64,000 nt of DNA, from contig NC_092671.1 in NCBI RefSeq assembly GCF_964355755.1, forward strand, positions 25,742,070 through 25,806,069, written 5' to 3'. The position numbers were made by a program, and so were the translations under genes. The notes under the pieces were generated by a model that ran no database searches, was not told the origin of the DNA, and was given only the letters and a program-made list of their open reading frames with translations. This document shows, piece after piece, positions 1 through 13,200 of the stretch (position 1 is its first letter; each line of letters begins with the position of its first letter). This DNA comes from Antedon mediterranea (taxonomy: Eukaryota; Animalia; Echinodermata).

Positions 1-250
1 ACATTATATACACAAGAACCAAAATTAAATTAATTAATAACAAATTGTTCCTACTAACACATGGTTTTGTTTATAATTCATTCATATTGTCAGTTGTTAA
101 CCATTTCAAATATTTAATATGGTTAATGGTTTTAACTTTATAAAAAAAAAAAAATGGCATAAAATAGTATAAAACTTAAGTGTATTAGCTATGATGATCT
201 TCTAAAATTGTTGATTGAAATATTGCAATCAAAATTGTTTTATATTGCAG

Positions 251-392
251 GTTTTGGTTCACACTTGTGTGAAGCTATTCGAGATAACTATCCAATGGCT
301 TACATCCAGTCAGTGGTAATTGCCCCATTCCAAACTGGGGAAAGTCCTTTACAGAACTACAATGCAACATTATGTATGGCTTGGCTACAAAG
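251..392 (+). CDS. Zeta/delta-type tubulin, internal exon (gene starts upstream of the window)
   Basis: Acceptor ttgcag|GT and donor AG|gtttgt. Peptide (G)FGSHLCEAIRDNYPMAYIQSVVIAPFQTGESPLQNYNATLCMAWLQR is the tubulin segment after GGGTGSG. GESPLQxYN is the zeta/cryptic-tubulin form as recalled (delta has GEVIVQNYN). Confidence 0.9.
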
Positions 393-491
393 GTTTGTTT
401 ACGTGCGTTTGCATTTTTTATTAACATTGAACAGTTAAAAGAACAGTACAATGTAAATGCCTGGTCTTATATAACACATTTGTTTTTTCAG

Positions 492-659
492 GTATTCAGA
501 TAGTATTTTTATGTACCACAATGAAGAGATACTGCATCGTTTGTCTGGACTGAATGTGTCTAAGGTTGTACGAGAGGAGGCAAAGGTCACAATTAAAGAC
601 ATCAATGAACACATTGCCGAGAGTCTGGCTGGATTGTACAAGCCAGTTTCTTCAGGGAA
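492..659 (+). CDS. Zeta/delta-type tubulin exon
   Basis: ttttttcag|G ... GGGAA|gtaagt, phase 2-2. YSDSIFMYHNEEILHRL...IKDINEHIAESLAGLYKP fits the tubulin 'D..N(E)..' and 'N..IA..L' helices. Confidence 0.88.
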
Positions 660-779
660 GTAAGTATAAGTATACTGTATTTAGAAAAACATCTTTTAAA
701 ATGTTAAATTAATCAATTGACATATAGTGAACTTTAGTTTGTAAACTTGATGAACAAGTTTGGCAATAAAAGTTTCTCA

Positions 780-1149
780 TTTACACTAGAACGATACCGA
801 TGAATGATATATAGATAAACATACATTTTTCTTACATAAAACAAAAGAAATTAAAAAAGTTGTTCTTTTTAGAACTATACAATAACCATTCATTGCGTGT
901 TTGGTAAAAATAATATTTTTTAAAATTCTATAAAATGACATCATGATCCATAAGAACAATAAAATCATTCTATCATCACGATATTATTGCTCTTACTAAT
1001 AATGACATCATTTGATTGGATGGCAGCACAGATGGTTATTCTATAGTTCTAGGATGAACAATGTTTAGATTTCTTTTGTTTTTTGTAGGAAAAATGCATG
1101 TTTATCTATTTATCATCGATCGCTATCGTCCTAGTGTAAATGGGCTTTA
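780..1149. mobile_element. Degenerate palindromic MITE (same family as 56590-56953)
   Basis: tttacactagaacgatac at the left is inverted to tatcgtcctagtgtaaatgggcttta at the right. Internal sequence resembles 56590-56953. Confidence 0.7.
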
Positions 1150-2149
1150 AACCAGTAAACTACAGAAAACTAGTTTGTAGAAGTTATGCCATGCACTACT
1201 TGACAAACATGTAAAGTAGTGTATATGATCAATGTACAGCTTTTCAAACTTAATTGCACAATTAAAATTGCTTTTCAATTTCATAAACTCTTCATGGCTC
1301 ATGCCAACAGTACATCAATACTGCCCTCTAATGTCTGACTTTCACAATGTTAACCCACTTTGTGGTTAACCTGTGTTATTTAAGTATAGTATGTGATTTA
1401 TTGATGAGTTTAATCTGTGCAGACTACATCAGTTAATTACTCAACTCACTGATTTTGTAAGATAATCAAAATCTATGTTAAATTTCCATGGGAATGAGGC
1501 TGTATGTAACAGAGTGTATAGTGATCAATAATAGTGCGTTCAATTATTGCCAGCAATACCCTATTTAGAGTTTATTGTAATTCGCAATTCAGTTGACCCT
1601 TTTAGACACAGTGGACAGTCAGTTTCTTGCCTGGTTACAATTGATTGAAAATAGCAAAAAGCAACAATCATGACAAATTCCTCTAGATATGTAATTATTT
1701 TGTGAAAATATATGCTTGTATATAAAGTACTTGGTAATTTACCAATCCCAAGATGGTTTTGAAGCCTTTCCAGTACCAATCTGGTCATTTTGATACCCAA
1801 TGTTTATATGTACGTGCAATAGCAGAATACAAACAAACAAAAACATACATACACTATTATAATAAAGATATTGCATGCCAAATTGGACACATGACCTTTA
1901 GAGGAAAAGCATGTTATTGAAAAGGTTAACATCTAATCCATCATGAAATACTGAAGCGATATATCAATGCAGAATGTTAATGTTGTACATTTCAAAATGA
2001 ATTTAAGCCTACTCTGTCCGCTAACCCAGTTGGTTAGTGCTAGGGTTAAATACAACCCCATTTAACAACCAAAATAAAATGTATAACTTTTTTATATCTC
2101 TTTATTGTTGAAAGATTTTTCATACGTAAAGATAAAAAAGAAGCAAAAG

Positions 2150-2341
2150 TATCATTCTCAAGCTTAAAGTATATTTGAATTAGGCCCTCTACATACCCAC
2201 GGAAGTCAGCAGTGCAGCATCTACTCGATAAGCAGACCAGGATACACTTTTTCAATTAGTGGTCATATTTTAATATTCCACTAATATACACAGAACCAAC
2301 AGCTTAACGTCCCAACCGAAGTATGGGGCAATTAGAGTTAA
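2150..2341 (-). mobile_element. SINE body with Deu/Nin-like central domain
   Basis: Minus strand reads ttgccccatacttcggttgggacgttaagctgttggttctgtg, resembling the recalled Deu/Nin core (cttcggatgggacgttaagccg). Boundaries are approximate. Confidence 0.55.
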
Positions 2342-2353
2342 CGGTCTGGTCTA

Positions 2354-2447
2354 TACAGCACCCGATGCAATATTCCCATATGGTCTCCCATCCAAGAATG
2401 CAACTTAACTTTGGTGATCTAAACCGTTTCAACGAAGTATGACTGTA
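2354..2447 (-). pseudogene. Degenerate 5S rRNA-derived sequence
   Basis: Minus strand tacagtcatac...gatcaccaaagttaag...cttggatgggagacc...tgggaata...cgggtgctgta is collinear with metazoan 5S rRNA, with internal deletions. Confidence 0.8.
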
Positions 2448-2649
2448 TTAGAAAACATATTTAAAAATTAGTGATAACAACTACAGTGCAAAAGGTTGTG
2501 CCATTGAGTCCCTAATCACATCAACATTACAAAGACATTAAAAAAGATGACAAGTGTTAATAATGTTTCAACAAGTAGTCAATTATGAAAATGCTGACTT
2601 CAATTTATCAGAACTGTGTTCACACAAAATCTGATGTGTTTTTTTCTAG

Positions 2650-2745
2650 AAGTACATCACATGGGAATGAACCTTGGGAAATATTGCAGTCTGTTTGTCC
2701 AATGCCATCGCATAAATTTGCTCATGTTATTCACACAAGTCAAAC
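2650..2745 (+). CDS. Zeta/delta-type tubulin exon
   Basis: tttttctag|A ... CAAAC|gtaagt, phase 2-2. STSHGNEPWEILQSVCPMPSHKFAHVIHTSQ is equivalent to the tubulin 'LVPxPxxHF' motif. Confidence 0.85.
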
Positions 2746-3598
2746 GTAAGTATTGAACCTATCCTTTATAAAACAAAGACTTCAGAAGTTGTTTCTTTTT
2801 ATGTGCTCTCCCATTTGATGGAAAAAAGAAATTATGAACTTTTTATATCGTCTAACTAAAACTTATTGTGTGCAGAATGATGTTGTAGGCTGGAATAAAA
2901 CAATTACAGTATGTAAGAATATAAATAAACAACGTTGACATATGGTCAAATAATATTGTATCGTAACAACAATGTCAAGTTAGGCTCTGTTTTTGCTGCC
3001 AATTGTTTGTGGATATATTATACAGTATATTTCAATATACACTGTATATTTCTTGCATCATTTTTGCTGTATTTCTATCTACCCATGACACAAGGTTTGT
3101 TGTGAATATATGGAACAGCTAAAATGTCATTGTAGACTGAAAATATAACTATATTTGCTATTCAAATCATGGTGAAGTGAAGTTAGGGAGGCTACAGGTT
3201 ACAGAAGATTTGGTGTTTTGTTGTTTACCAAGGCAAATGAACTGTAAAGCATAAAAAAACTGCACACAAACAAACAAGGACGATGACTGCAAGTCAGGTG
3301 GAGACAGGGCTATTACCAATCCCATGAATTGCTCAGCTCAACAGAGGTCATAGCTATCCCTCCCTCAATCCATACAGACAAAATGCATTTTTGGGTAATG
3401 AAAGTCAACTTTTAAATATTCCTCACACAATTAAGTTTCAGCAAAACAGGTCATCGTATTATATAGGCCTACCGTATATTATTACAGTATTTTTATTACA
3501 TATTGATTGATATCCAGAAGAAACAGGGCCTTAAAGGGAAGCAAATTCATGACATTCCAGAAACTGTGAAAGGGGTTGGAGTGGGCACTTTCTGTGCA

Positions 3599-3887
3599 TA
3601 ACCTAGTCGACATTAGCAAACTTTACATACCTTTGTTGCAAAAGTTTTGGCCTCTGTTTCAAGTTTTTTTTTTACATGTACACTTAACGGGCTGTATTTT
3701 TTTCTATTTGAAGAGTCGTGTAGATACAAAGAGATTCAATAGTTAACAAACGTCATCAAATTAGTTTGACACGAAGGTGCACGGCCTAAAACTAGTTTTC
3801 TACAGTTTTCAATAGTTTGTCAAATGACACAAACAAACTTTTCTTGCCAAACCCCAGTTAGTAAAGTTTGCTAGTGTACTAGGCTTA
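3599..3887. mobile_element. Degenerate MITE
   Basis: cctagtcgacattagcaaacttta is inverted to taaagtttgctagtgtactagg. Confidence 0.55.
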
Positions 3888-5944
3888 GAGGTTAACAACT
3901 TATGTTTACACAGGAGTTTTAATGAAGTACTTTTTGATATAAAGTGATAATAATATGTTGGTGTTCTGAAACAACAGTACAATCTACCATATAACGTAAT
4001 TAATATGTATAGAGTATATTTAAATTATATAATATTATTCATAATGTTTCTTTCGGGAACAGTTAAGGTTAATCCCAGGTGTGTCATCTTGAGACAAAAT
4101 ATGCAAATGTAGTTGTCACAGGTGTGGGCAACATAACAGTTCTAAACATATGACGCCATAGTAGAATTATATTTGCACAGATACCTGTGTCTGCGTCACA
4201 ACAAAGACACTTTATGGATAAGTGTTCTTGGAAAAGCTTTTTGATATTCAACTTCACTATACGTTTTTTGTTCATAAATTTAATGTTCCATTAGCAGTCT
4301 ATATTTAGTTTGAATTCAACAACAACCAAATAATTTAATATACTACAATGTTCTCCTGAATCCGGAATATATTATATTAGCACATAACCAGAATTGAAAA
4401 TGGTGTAAAATATGTATATGTATATAGGGAGAGAGTATATTTTATAACATTGTTTTTATAAAGTACAAATTGACATTTTTGTATTTAGATTCGATACATC
4501 TTATATTGAATGTGGTACACTCGCTTATTACAGGATTTTGAGAACATGGTTTAGTGGCAATCAACATGTGGCAAAAAGAATACTTGATTGTAAAAAAAAA
4601 TGTATATAATATTTCTTATTGTTGAAGCATTTATATAAGATAATTGTTGCAACCAACAATTTTGACATTAGGCCTACCATAAAGATTTTTACTGACCATA
4701 CCAAAGACAAATGGCTAGAGAGATTAAGCTACACTTCCATTCACATCATGTGATTATAACCACTCATAGCAGACAAATTCTATGTTCTATTTACGTCACA
4801 TGCAATTTGTGTCTGTGTTTGAACTAATGTACCACAATCAATAACTCATTGCTTAAAAAGATTACAGCACTGATAATAGATGTGATATTTTCATGTTTCA
4901 AGATTATCTTTAGTCAATCCTTTCCATAAATTGCTTTTGATAAAACACAAAAATAATTAAACATGAAGTGCTTTGAGTTTCTTTTGGCCCTAATTGCTTC
5001 AAATTTTCTGAGTTTTTAAGAGCATCTAGACTTCTTGTTGTTGGGTACAAACTAATACCATGTCATCTTTTTAGTTTTCATAGTAACTAGGAGATATAGG
5101 TCCTCTGGTGTAGTAGCATGTACTGATTGCTTAACACATCAGCCTATGGATACATTACAGTACATACAGTACTGACTGTATTTATATCACCATGATTATA
5201 CTATTAGAATTGTATTACATATCTGACGACAGCTGATTCCCAAAACGGAATTCCGAATAGCAAGAAATAAATATTTCATGAAGTGATTCTATAGGTTTCA
5301 GAGTTATATCCTACAGTATGTAACATCTGATATGTATGATTGGACACACAGAACAAGATACACCACATGATGAAATAAATTCATGTTATTTATTTAATTA
5401 CTTTGAGAATTGTTCTTCGGAAGATAAACCAAGTAAAATTAGGTGAAAATTATAACAATGTTTTGCGAACACTTAGCTTATTCACATTCAGTTGCCATTT
5501 TACACGAAACTTTCACCAAATTTTGATTTAACTCCAATTCTCAAAATAAACAACATATTTATTTATTGTTATTTAAAACGTAGCTGTATTTCATTTCATT
5601 TTTCATCGTCAATTTAAAAACATGATAAAACAATACAAATATAAATAACAAAACCCATGACGGTGACATATAAAAGACAATTAAAATCAATTGAGTAATT
5701 TAAAAAAAAAATACAAGATAGACAATAAAAAGATATATATAAATATAATATAATAAAATGTAAAATTGTATTAAAACTGTAGTATCTTCCTTAATATGCA
5801 AATTGAAAATAAACCAATCAATTTTTTAACTTACCATTTTTCCATTTAACCATTTGCACTAATTAGTGATGAATTTCGGCTTTGGTAGAATACTATTTTT
5901 AGATTTGTCGTTTAAACTGTCTCTTTAATTTTATTTTTTTGCAG

Positions 5945-6017
5945 TAAATCATCTTGGGAAACACTGACTGGTGGTCTCCTGAGATCATTCAAGCGTTACG
6001 ATGAAGATGGACTAACT
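5945..6017 (+). CDS. Zeta/delta-type tubulin exon, followed by a U12-type donor
   Basis: tttttttgcag|T, phase 2-0, KSSWETLTGGLLRSFKRYDEDGLT, donor |gtatccttt. Confidence 0.78.
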
Positions 6018-7967
6018 GTATCCTTTATACCATGTCACTGTACTATCATCAGTACTTTGTTTTCTGTGTCAACCATTTACTAAACTACAATTAACATACA
6101 TATTATAAAATATAGTTTCTTACTTAGTCTTTCAATAAAAAAGTTTGAGATAGTTTAATTTACGCATGTGAAATTCACAATTAATAGTTCCTATTTTAAC
6201 ATTGTATGTCTTGGGAAGGGAAATTGTATACTGCATTATTTAAATTATTTCCCTGGGGCGTTTATTGTTCAAGATGGTTTATTCATTTATTTTTTTTGGG
6301 TGTAAACTGTAAGATGGTAACATGTATAATCAAATAAATACCCTCTAGTTATGAAAAAAATACAAGATGATTATTATTATTAAGAAGTGGTAAAATAAAT
6401 AAAGATTGTATTACAATTGTAGAATTGCAATTGTAACAAATCTTTAATTTTGGTGTGCTCTGAACGGTTAAAATGAGAGGTCTCTGTCATATCAAAAAGG
6501 ACTATCAGCTCATCTGTATCTGCTGATCATACATTTGCAGGCAGATATGCACAGTTTTAACACATTATTACACAGTATTGCCCTTGTAAATTTTCTTTAA
6601 ACTTTTTTAAGGAAAGATTATGAAACATTTATAACATATTGTTTAGTTTTTTATTAATTTACGGTTTTGTACTTTGAACATTCATCAAACATTCCAAAGT
6701 ATCTTAGGAAAGTATAGAATGTCTGCTAGATTTTAGAGAGTGTGTTACCCTTTAAAACATTGAACTTTTAGAATATTAAATCTTTAGAATTCTAATATGT
6801 GTCTAGTCCCATCCCTGGTATGATCATCCATGGAGGAATTAGTTTGGTGTCAAAAAAGGAGTGCACATTCCACAGATATACAGTATTTCAACACATAAAC
6901 ATTTCATTGTAGGTTCCCATATTTATATTTTTGGCCTATGGTAGGCCTAGCTGTTGCAAATCCAGTACAAATCTGAATTTACTTTTTTCAAAGAACAGTT
7001 ATAGGTGATGTAATCCGCGTTTTAGAATCAAAATTCATAGTTTACTGCCATTTAATTGAAATTTTCATATTTATATTATAAGAGAAAAAAAGTTTGCTAC
7101 TGCACGCATCCATACTGTACACATATAAGGTATTAATATCAGATTTAGGAAAGTTTTTAAACTATATTTGAACAGCCCCCAGGTGGAAAGAGTTGGGGTA
7201 ACATATCAGCTTTTATTTTTTAATTATTCATTTTGATAGAATATACAACATTTTTTTAAATCATAAAAATGGCTAATGGATAAGAAGTTTTCTTTTTAGA
7301 TCTATCCTTGTCCTTGAAACATTGCTTCATTTTATTAGTGCTCATGTATTGTTTTAATTAACTCACTGTGATTTACATTAAGCAGAATTGAACAGAATTA
7401 ACTTTAATCCTGTAGATAGAAGAGAAAATTAGTTCAATCATTTCTAAAGCTTTCATACATAGGACTCTTCAACTTACTAGTTTTATGACAAGATGAGTGT
7501 TTTTACGTAAGATTAAAAAAAAAAATTGTGCAAAATTTACTTTGTGTACACCGTTATTTCCACTTTTCTTCATTGGCGAACTTTTGATGTTATAGTCTGT
7601 AGCCATAAATTTCACAGCTCCTGGTTATTTTTACCAAAAAGGGCACTTTTCCAACAAACACAGGGAAAAAATCGTCATAAGCTTGGTCCCCCTTTAGCTT
7701 TTGGCCTCTAGCGTTCATTCAAAATGTACAAGTACATAGCCAGGATTTTTGTGTCCTTTTACCCACAAAGGGAAACGTTTTTTTTTCTCATAAGTTAGAC
7801 TAGAAGCATATTTACCTTTTCTGCTGATCAATATTTTGGAAATGGGCACTTTAGGGAAAATGTATATTTGAACCCCCTGGCACGGACCACATTTAGACCA
7901 CTTTTGTAGTGTAGAAGTTACATTTATGTGTACTACATTATATAGTTTGGTTCCCAAACTGTAACAG

Positions 7968-8109
7968 TTCTCTTCATTGGCTAACCTTGCTGTTGCTCGT
8001 GGAGATAAAATGGATACGTTCAGCAAACATTCTAAGAGCATTGAAAAAAAAATCAAGGCAGCTTACAATTGTGTGAGGTGGAACCCGTATCCAGTTGATT
8101 TTTGGATAG
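7968..8109 (+). CDS. Zeta/delta-type tubulin exon
   Basis: aacag|TTC ... ATAG|gtatgt, phase 0-1. FSSLANLAVARGDKMDTF...YNCVRWNPYPVDFWI contains the tubulin 'RG' and 'V.W.P' motifs. Confidence 0.85.
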
Positions 8110-8159
8110 GTATGTTGACATGAATGAAAAGAAATGTTTGTTTTTGTTTGTATGATTGA

Positions 8160-8500
8160 TCATTATTTTTCTAATCATTATCGCATAACCATCTTCATTC
8201 ATTATCTTCATCACAACCATCATCATTCATCATCATTATCAGCATCGTCATCATGATCATCTTCATCATTATCATAATCAACTTCATCATTATCATCACC
8301 ATTGTCTTCTTCATCGATCATTATCATTATCATCATACATCATCATTATCATCATTAACTTCGTCATCATTATCATCATACATCATCCTACATCATCATT
8401 AACTTCTTCATCATTATCATCAACCTCATCATCATCATCATCATCATAATAATAATAATAATCATTTCATCAACATTTTACCATGATTATCATCTTCTAT
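8160..8500. repeat. Degenerate (CAT/TAT)n trinucleotide tract in a tubulin intron
   Basis: Runs of atc/cat/tat triplets. Confidence 0.85.
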
Positions 8501-8802
8501 CTATTCATCTATTATCATTTCTTTAATTCTTGACATATTTCATAAAATTATTTATATCTTAACCACAAAGCTAATAAATGTTTTAACAAAGATTAATTTT
8601 TAATTTAAATTAAAGAAAAGGTGATTAAGCAATTCCATCATCATGGCCATAACCACAGGTCTTTGGTAATCTCTATATTTGATTACAAAATGTATATTAA
8701 ATCTGTCACCAAGCCCCACACTATTATTCATTGGCCCAAAGCCACTTCCTGTCTAAGCATTACCATCTACATATTTTGACCTACTTTTTGATATTTTTTC
8801 AG

Positions 8803-8966
8803 GAAAAGATTCCATAAACGTGGCTAAATCAGGAACTGCCTCTCTGACCATCTGTGCCAACACAAGCAGAATAGTTGAGTATGCTGGAAATGTTCTCAGT
8901 AAAACTCGGAACATGCTGGAGGCAGGAGCCTATTTGCACCTGTATTTGAATCATGGCTGTGAAAAG
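8803..8966 (+). CDS. Zeta/delta-type tubulin exon
   Basis: ttttttcag|GA ... GAAAAG|gtattc, phase 1-0. SLTICANTSRIVEY...NMLEAGAYLHLYLNHGCEK matches the tubulin 'MF...AYLHWY..G.E' motif. Confidence 0.9.
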
Positions 8967-9024
8967 GTATTCCCAAATGACCCAATTATCTATTGACCTA
9001 CTTTCAATGCTTCTATATACAGTA

Positions 9025-9162
9025 CAGTAGAATCCTTATTTTAGGAAACCTCTATTCAGGGGACACCCCTATTAAAGGGACACTTTCCGGTGAAAAAAAT
9101 GCCTTATTCAGAACACACTTATTTGGGTCCAAAAGGTGTCCCCTTTGATAGGGCTTGTACTG
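9025..9162. mobile_element. Tc1/mariner-pogo (Tigger-like) MITE
   Basis: TA|CAGTAGAATCC ... GGCTTGTACTG|TA, with internal cctatt..ggggacac subrepeats. Relatives lie near 31790-32100 and 50020-50290. Confidence 0.65.
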
Positions 9163-9899
9163 TATAAATTATACTAGTTTATCTTGAAGATAGGCGAAAA
9201 CAATGATACATATCCTATTTCCCACCTCTCAAACCAGGATTCAACAAACAGATATATACATGATACAGTAATATTCATGAAACAACTAGTTTACTGATCC
9301 ATATGTTGATTGCAGGAGGGAAAAAAAGGCCGGTTTAAATCATTTGGAAATGATATGGTTGTCTAAAACTCAAAACTGTCATCACGCTAACAGAGTGTTG
9401 GCCCACTGGTGATAGGTAGTATCAAATGCCAAGTATAACTTATCCAAGTTTAAATGACAAGAATGACAGCCTAATAATTTCTAACTTAAGAATATTTAAA
9501 ATTCAGATTAATTTTTAAACAATTTAATGTATAGTATATATAAAATTTATCTCATCACAAAAAAGAAGTGTATATATAATTCAATACTGTACAGTTGAAC
9601 AAAAGTATAACATAATTCACAAGTCCAGTCAGTATTCAATCTCCCAAAGGGATTTATCTAAAGTGCTGTAATGATGTAAAAGCTATCTGTTATCACCATT
9701 TACTATAAAAAGTGTTTTCTCATTACATTCATGTTGTACAGATAATAATAAAAGTACATTGTGTTTGTAACATAATACTAACATAAATACTTATATCAAA
9801 ATTATTGATGGCCAGATACAGAGAAGATTAGTGACTTTTTTATTTAAACATTGCAGCATACGACTACGTAGGTAATGAGTGTAACGTTTCTTTTGCGCA

Positions 9900-10118
9900 A
9901 GCTTATGCTAGACTTGCCCCAAGTCTCTAGTTCTTGTGTCTTGTTTTTGTTTACGAGCGCCACCAGCATAAGACAAAACAATTTTTAAGTGATTTATCAG
10001 TAAAGAGAAAAAACAAAAGCTTTTCTCAATGACCCAATATACATGATTATCGTGGGAATTGAACCCACAAACTTACAATTGTCAGTGTGAATCGCCTTTG
10101 CACTCGGCCAGTCACTCA
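9900..10118 (-). mobile_element. Degenerate tRNA-derived SINE
   Basis: Minus strand gagtgactggccgagtgcaaaggcg (A box) and gtgggttcaattccc (B box), with downstream cttggggcaag. Confidence 0.55.
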
Positions 10119-10193
10119 AAAAAGCTAATGTTAAATTAAATTACACAAACAGGCATTAAAGGCCCTCAACTTGACTCTTCTTTCTTTTCCTAG

Positions 10194-10262
10194 GGGGATT
10201 TCATTGAAGCCTATGACACTATGCAATGTGTCATCGATAACTACAAAGATGCAGTTAAGTGA
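10194..10262 (+). CDS. Zeta/delta-type tubulin terminal coding exon
   Basis: Pyrimidine tract plus tag|GGG. GDFIEAYDTMQCVIDNYKDAVK* is the tubulin helix H12 equivalent with no acidic tail. The seven exons total 854 nt, which is 2 nt plus 284 codons. Confidence 0.88.
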   Translation, partial: GDFIEAYDTMQCVIDNYKDAVK

Positions 10263-13200
10263 CTCATTTCCGTTGCACGTCTCATGTTAATGATCATATG
10301 GTCTGCTGGGTGATAAGTCACTTAAGTGAGTAGCCCGAGGATGGCCAAGGCTCGATGGAAGGGGAGGAAGTAGTCGAGTGTGGTGAAGTGACTAGATGGA
10401 CAATCCTGCTAATTTGTATTTTATGCATACAGAATGAATATGGATTTTTAAACTAGGCAAGCTATTTAAACTGATTCTAGAACAAGGCTGCAAATTTGGA
10501 TTATGATTATATTACTAAGTACATTCCTGTCTTCTCGAGAAAGTTTACATTCCTACATAAATATATTTGATTATATTTTGTTCTTTACCATACAAAATAT
10601 ACTTTCTAGAAAAGTTTAATTTAAAGAGGTAGACAGAGACATGATAGATCACCTTATTTGAAAAATCCATATTAAAGGGACACTTAATATTGGGCATCCC
10701 TTATATATACAGAGTTTAAAGAGGTAGACAGAGACAAGATAGATCACCTTGTTTGAAAAATCCATATTAAAGGGACACTTAATATTGGGCATCCCTTATA
10801 TATACAGAGTTTAAAGAGGTAGACAGAGACAAGATAGATCACCTTGTTTGAAAAATCCATATTAAAGGGACACTTAATATTGGGCATCCCTTATATATAC
10901 AGAGTTTAAAGAGGTAGACAGAGACAAGATAGATCACCTTGTTTGAAAAATCCATATTAAAGGGACACTTAATATTGGGCATCCCTTATATATACAGAGT
11001 TTAAAGAGGTAGACAGAGACAAGATAGATCACCTTGTTTGAAAAATCCATATTAAAGGGACACTTAATATTGGGCATCCCTTATATATACAGAGTTTAAA
11101 GAGGTAGACAGAGACAAGATAGATCACCTTGTTTGAAAAATCCCTATTAAAGGGACACTTAATATTGGGCATCCCTTATATATACAGAGTTTAAAGAGGT
11201 AGACAGAGACACGATAGATCACCTTATTTGAAAAATCCATATTAAAGGGACACTTAATATTGGGCATCCCTTATATATACAGAGTTTAAAGAGGTAGACA
11301 GAGACATGATAGATCACCTTATTTGAAAAATCCCTATTAAAGGGACACTTAATATTGGGCATCCCTTATATATACAGAGTTTAAAGAGGTAGACAGAGAC
11401 ACGATAGATCACCTTATTTGAAAAATCCATATTAAAGGGACACTTAATATTGGGCATCCCTTATATATACAGAGTTTAAAGAGGTAGACAGAGACACGAT
11501 AGATCACCTTTTTTGAAAAATCCATATTAAAGGGACACTTAATATTGGGCATCCCTTATATATACAGAGTTTAAAGAGGTAGACAGAGACAAGATAGATC
11601 ACCTTGTTTGAAAAATCCATATTAAAGGGACACTTAATATTGGGCATCCCTTATATATACAGAGTTTAAAGAGGTAGACAGAGACAAGATAGATCACCTT
11701 GTTTGAAAAATCCATATTAAAGGGACACTTAATATTGGGCATCCCTTATATATACAGAGTTTAAAGAGGTAGACAGAGACACGATAGATCACCTTATTTG
11801 AAAAATCCATATTAAAGGGACACTTAATATTGGGCATCCCTTATATATACAGAGTTTAAAGAGGTAGACAGAGACACGATAGATCACCTTGTTTGAAAAA
11901 TCCATATTAAAGGGACACTTAATATTGGGCATCCCTTATATATACAGAGTTTAAAGAGGTAGACAGAGACAAGATAGATCACCTTATTTGAAAAATCCAT
12001 ATTAAAGGGACACTTAATATTGGGCATCCCTTATATATACAGAGTTTAAAGAGGTAGACAGAGACAAGATAGATCACCTTGTTTGAAAAATCCATATTAA
12101 AGGGACACTTAATATTGGGCATCCCTTATATATACAGAGTTTAAAGAGGTAGACAGAGACACGATAGATCACCTTATTTGAAAAATCCATATTAAAGGGA
12201 CACTTAATATTGGGCATCCCTTATATATACAGAGTTTAAAGAGGTAGACAGAGACACGATAGATCACCTTGTTTGAAAAATCCATATTAAAGGGACACTT
12301 AATATTGGGCATCCCTTATATATACAGAGTTTAAAGAGGTAGACAGAGACACGATAGATCACCTTATTTGAAAAATCCATATTAAAGGGACACTTAATAT
12401 TGGGCATCCCTTATATATACAGAGTTTAAAGAGGTAGACAGAGACACGATAGATCACCTTATTTGAAAAATCCCTATTAAAGGGACACTTAATATTGGGC
12501 ATCCCTTATATATACAGAGTTTAAAGAGGTAGACAGAGACAAGATAGATCACCTTGTTTGAAAAATCCATATTAAAGGGACACTTAATATTGGGCATCCC
12601 TTATATATACAGAGTTTAAAGAGGTAGACAGAGACAAGATAGATCACCTTGTTTGAAAAATCCATATTAAAGGGACACTTAATATTGGGCATCCCTTATA
12701 TATACAGAGTTTAAAGAGGTAGACAGAGACACGATAGATCACCTTATTTGAAAAATCCATATTAAAGGGACACTTAATATTGGGCATCCCTTATATATAC
12801 AGAGTTTAAAGAGGTAGACAGAGACACGATAGATCACCTTATTTGAAAAATCCATATTAAAGGGACACTTAATATTGGGCATCCCTTATATATACAGAGT
12901 TTAAAGAGGTAGACAGAGACACGATAGATCACCTTATTTGAAAAATCCATATTAAAGGGACACTTAATATTGGGCATCCCTTATATATACAGAGTTTAAA
13001 GAGGTAGACAGAGACACGATAGATCACCTTATTTGAAAAATCCATATTAAAGGGACACTTAATATTGGGCATCCCTTATATATACAGAGTTTAAAGAGGT
13101 AGACAGAGACAAGATAGATCACCTTATTTGAAAAATCCATATTAAAGGGACACTTAATATTGGGCATCCCTTATATATACAGAGTTTAAAGAGGTAGACA

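Noticed and set aside
10260-10350. SECIS element or selenocysteine read-through of the tubulin TGA (palindrome TCACTTAAGTGA nearby)
   Set aside because: The TGA is at the expected C-terminus, and no AUGA/GA core with a correctly spaced AA loop could be folded.
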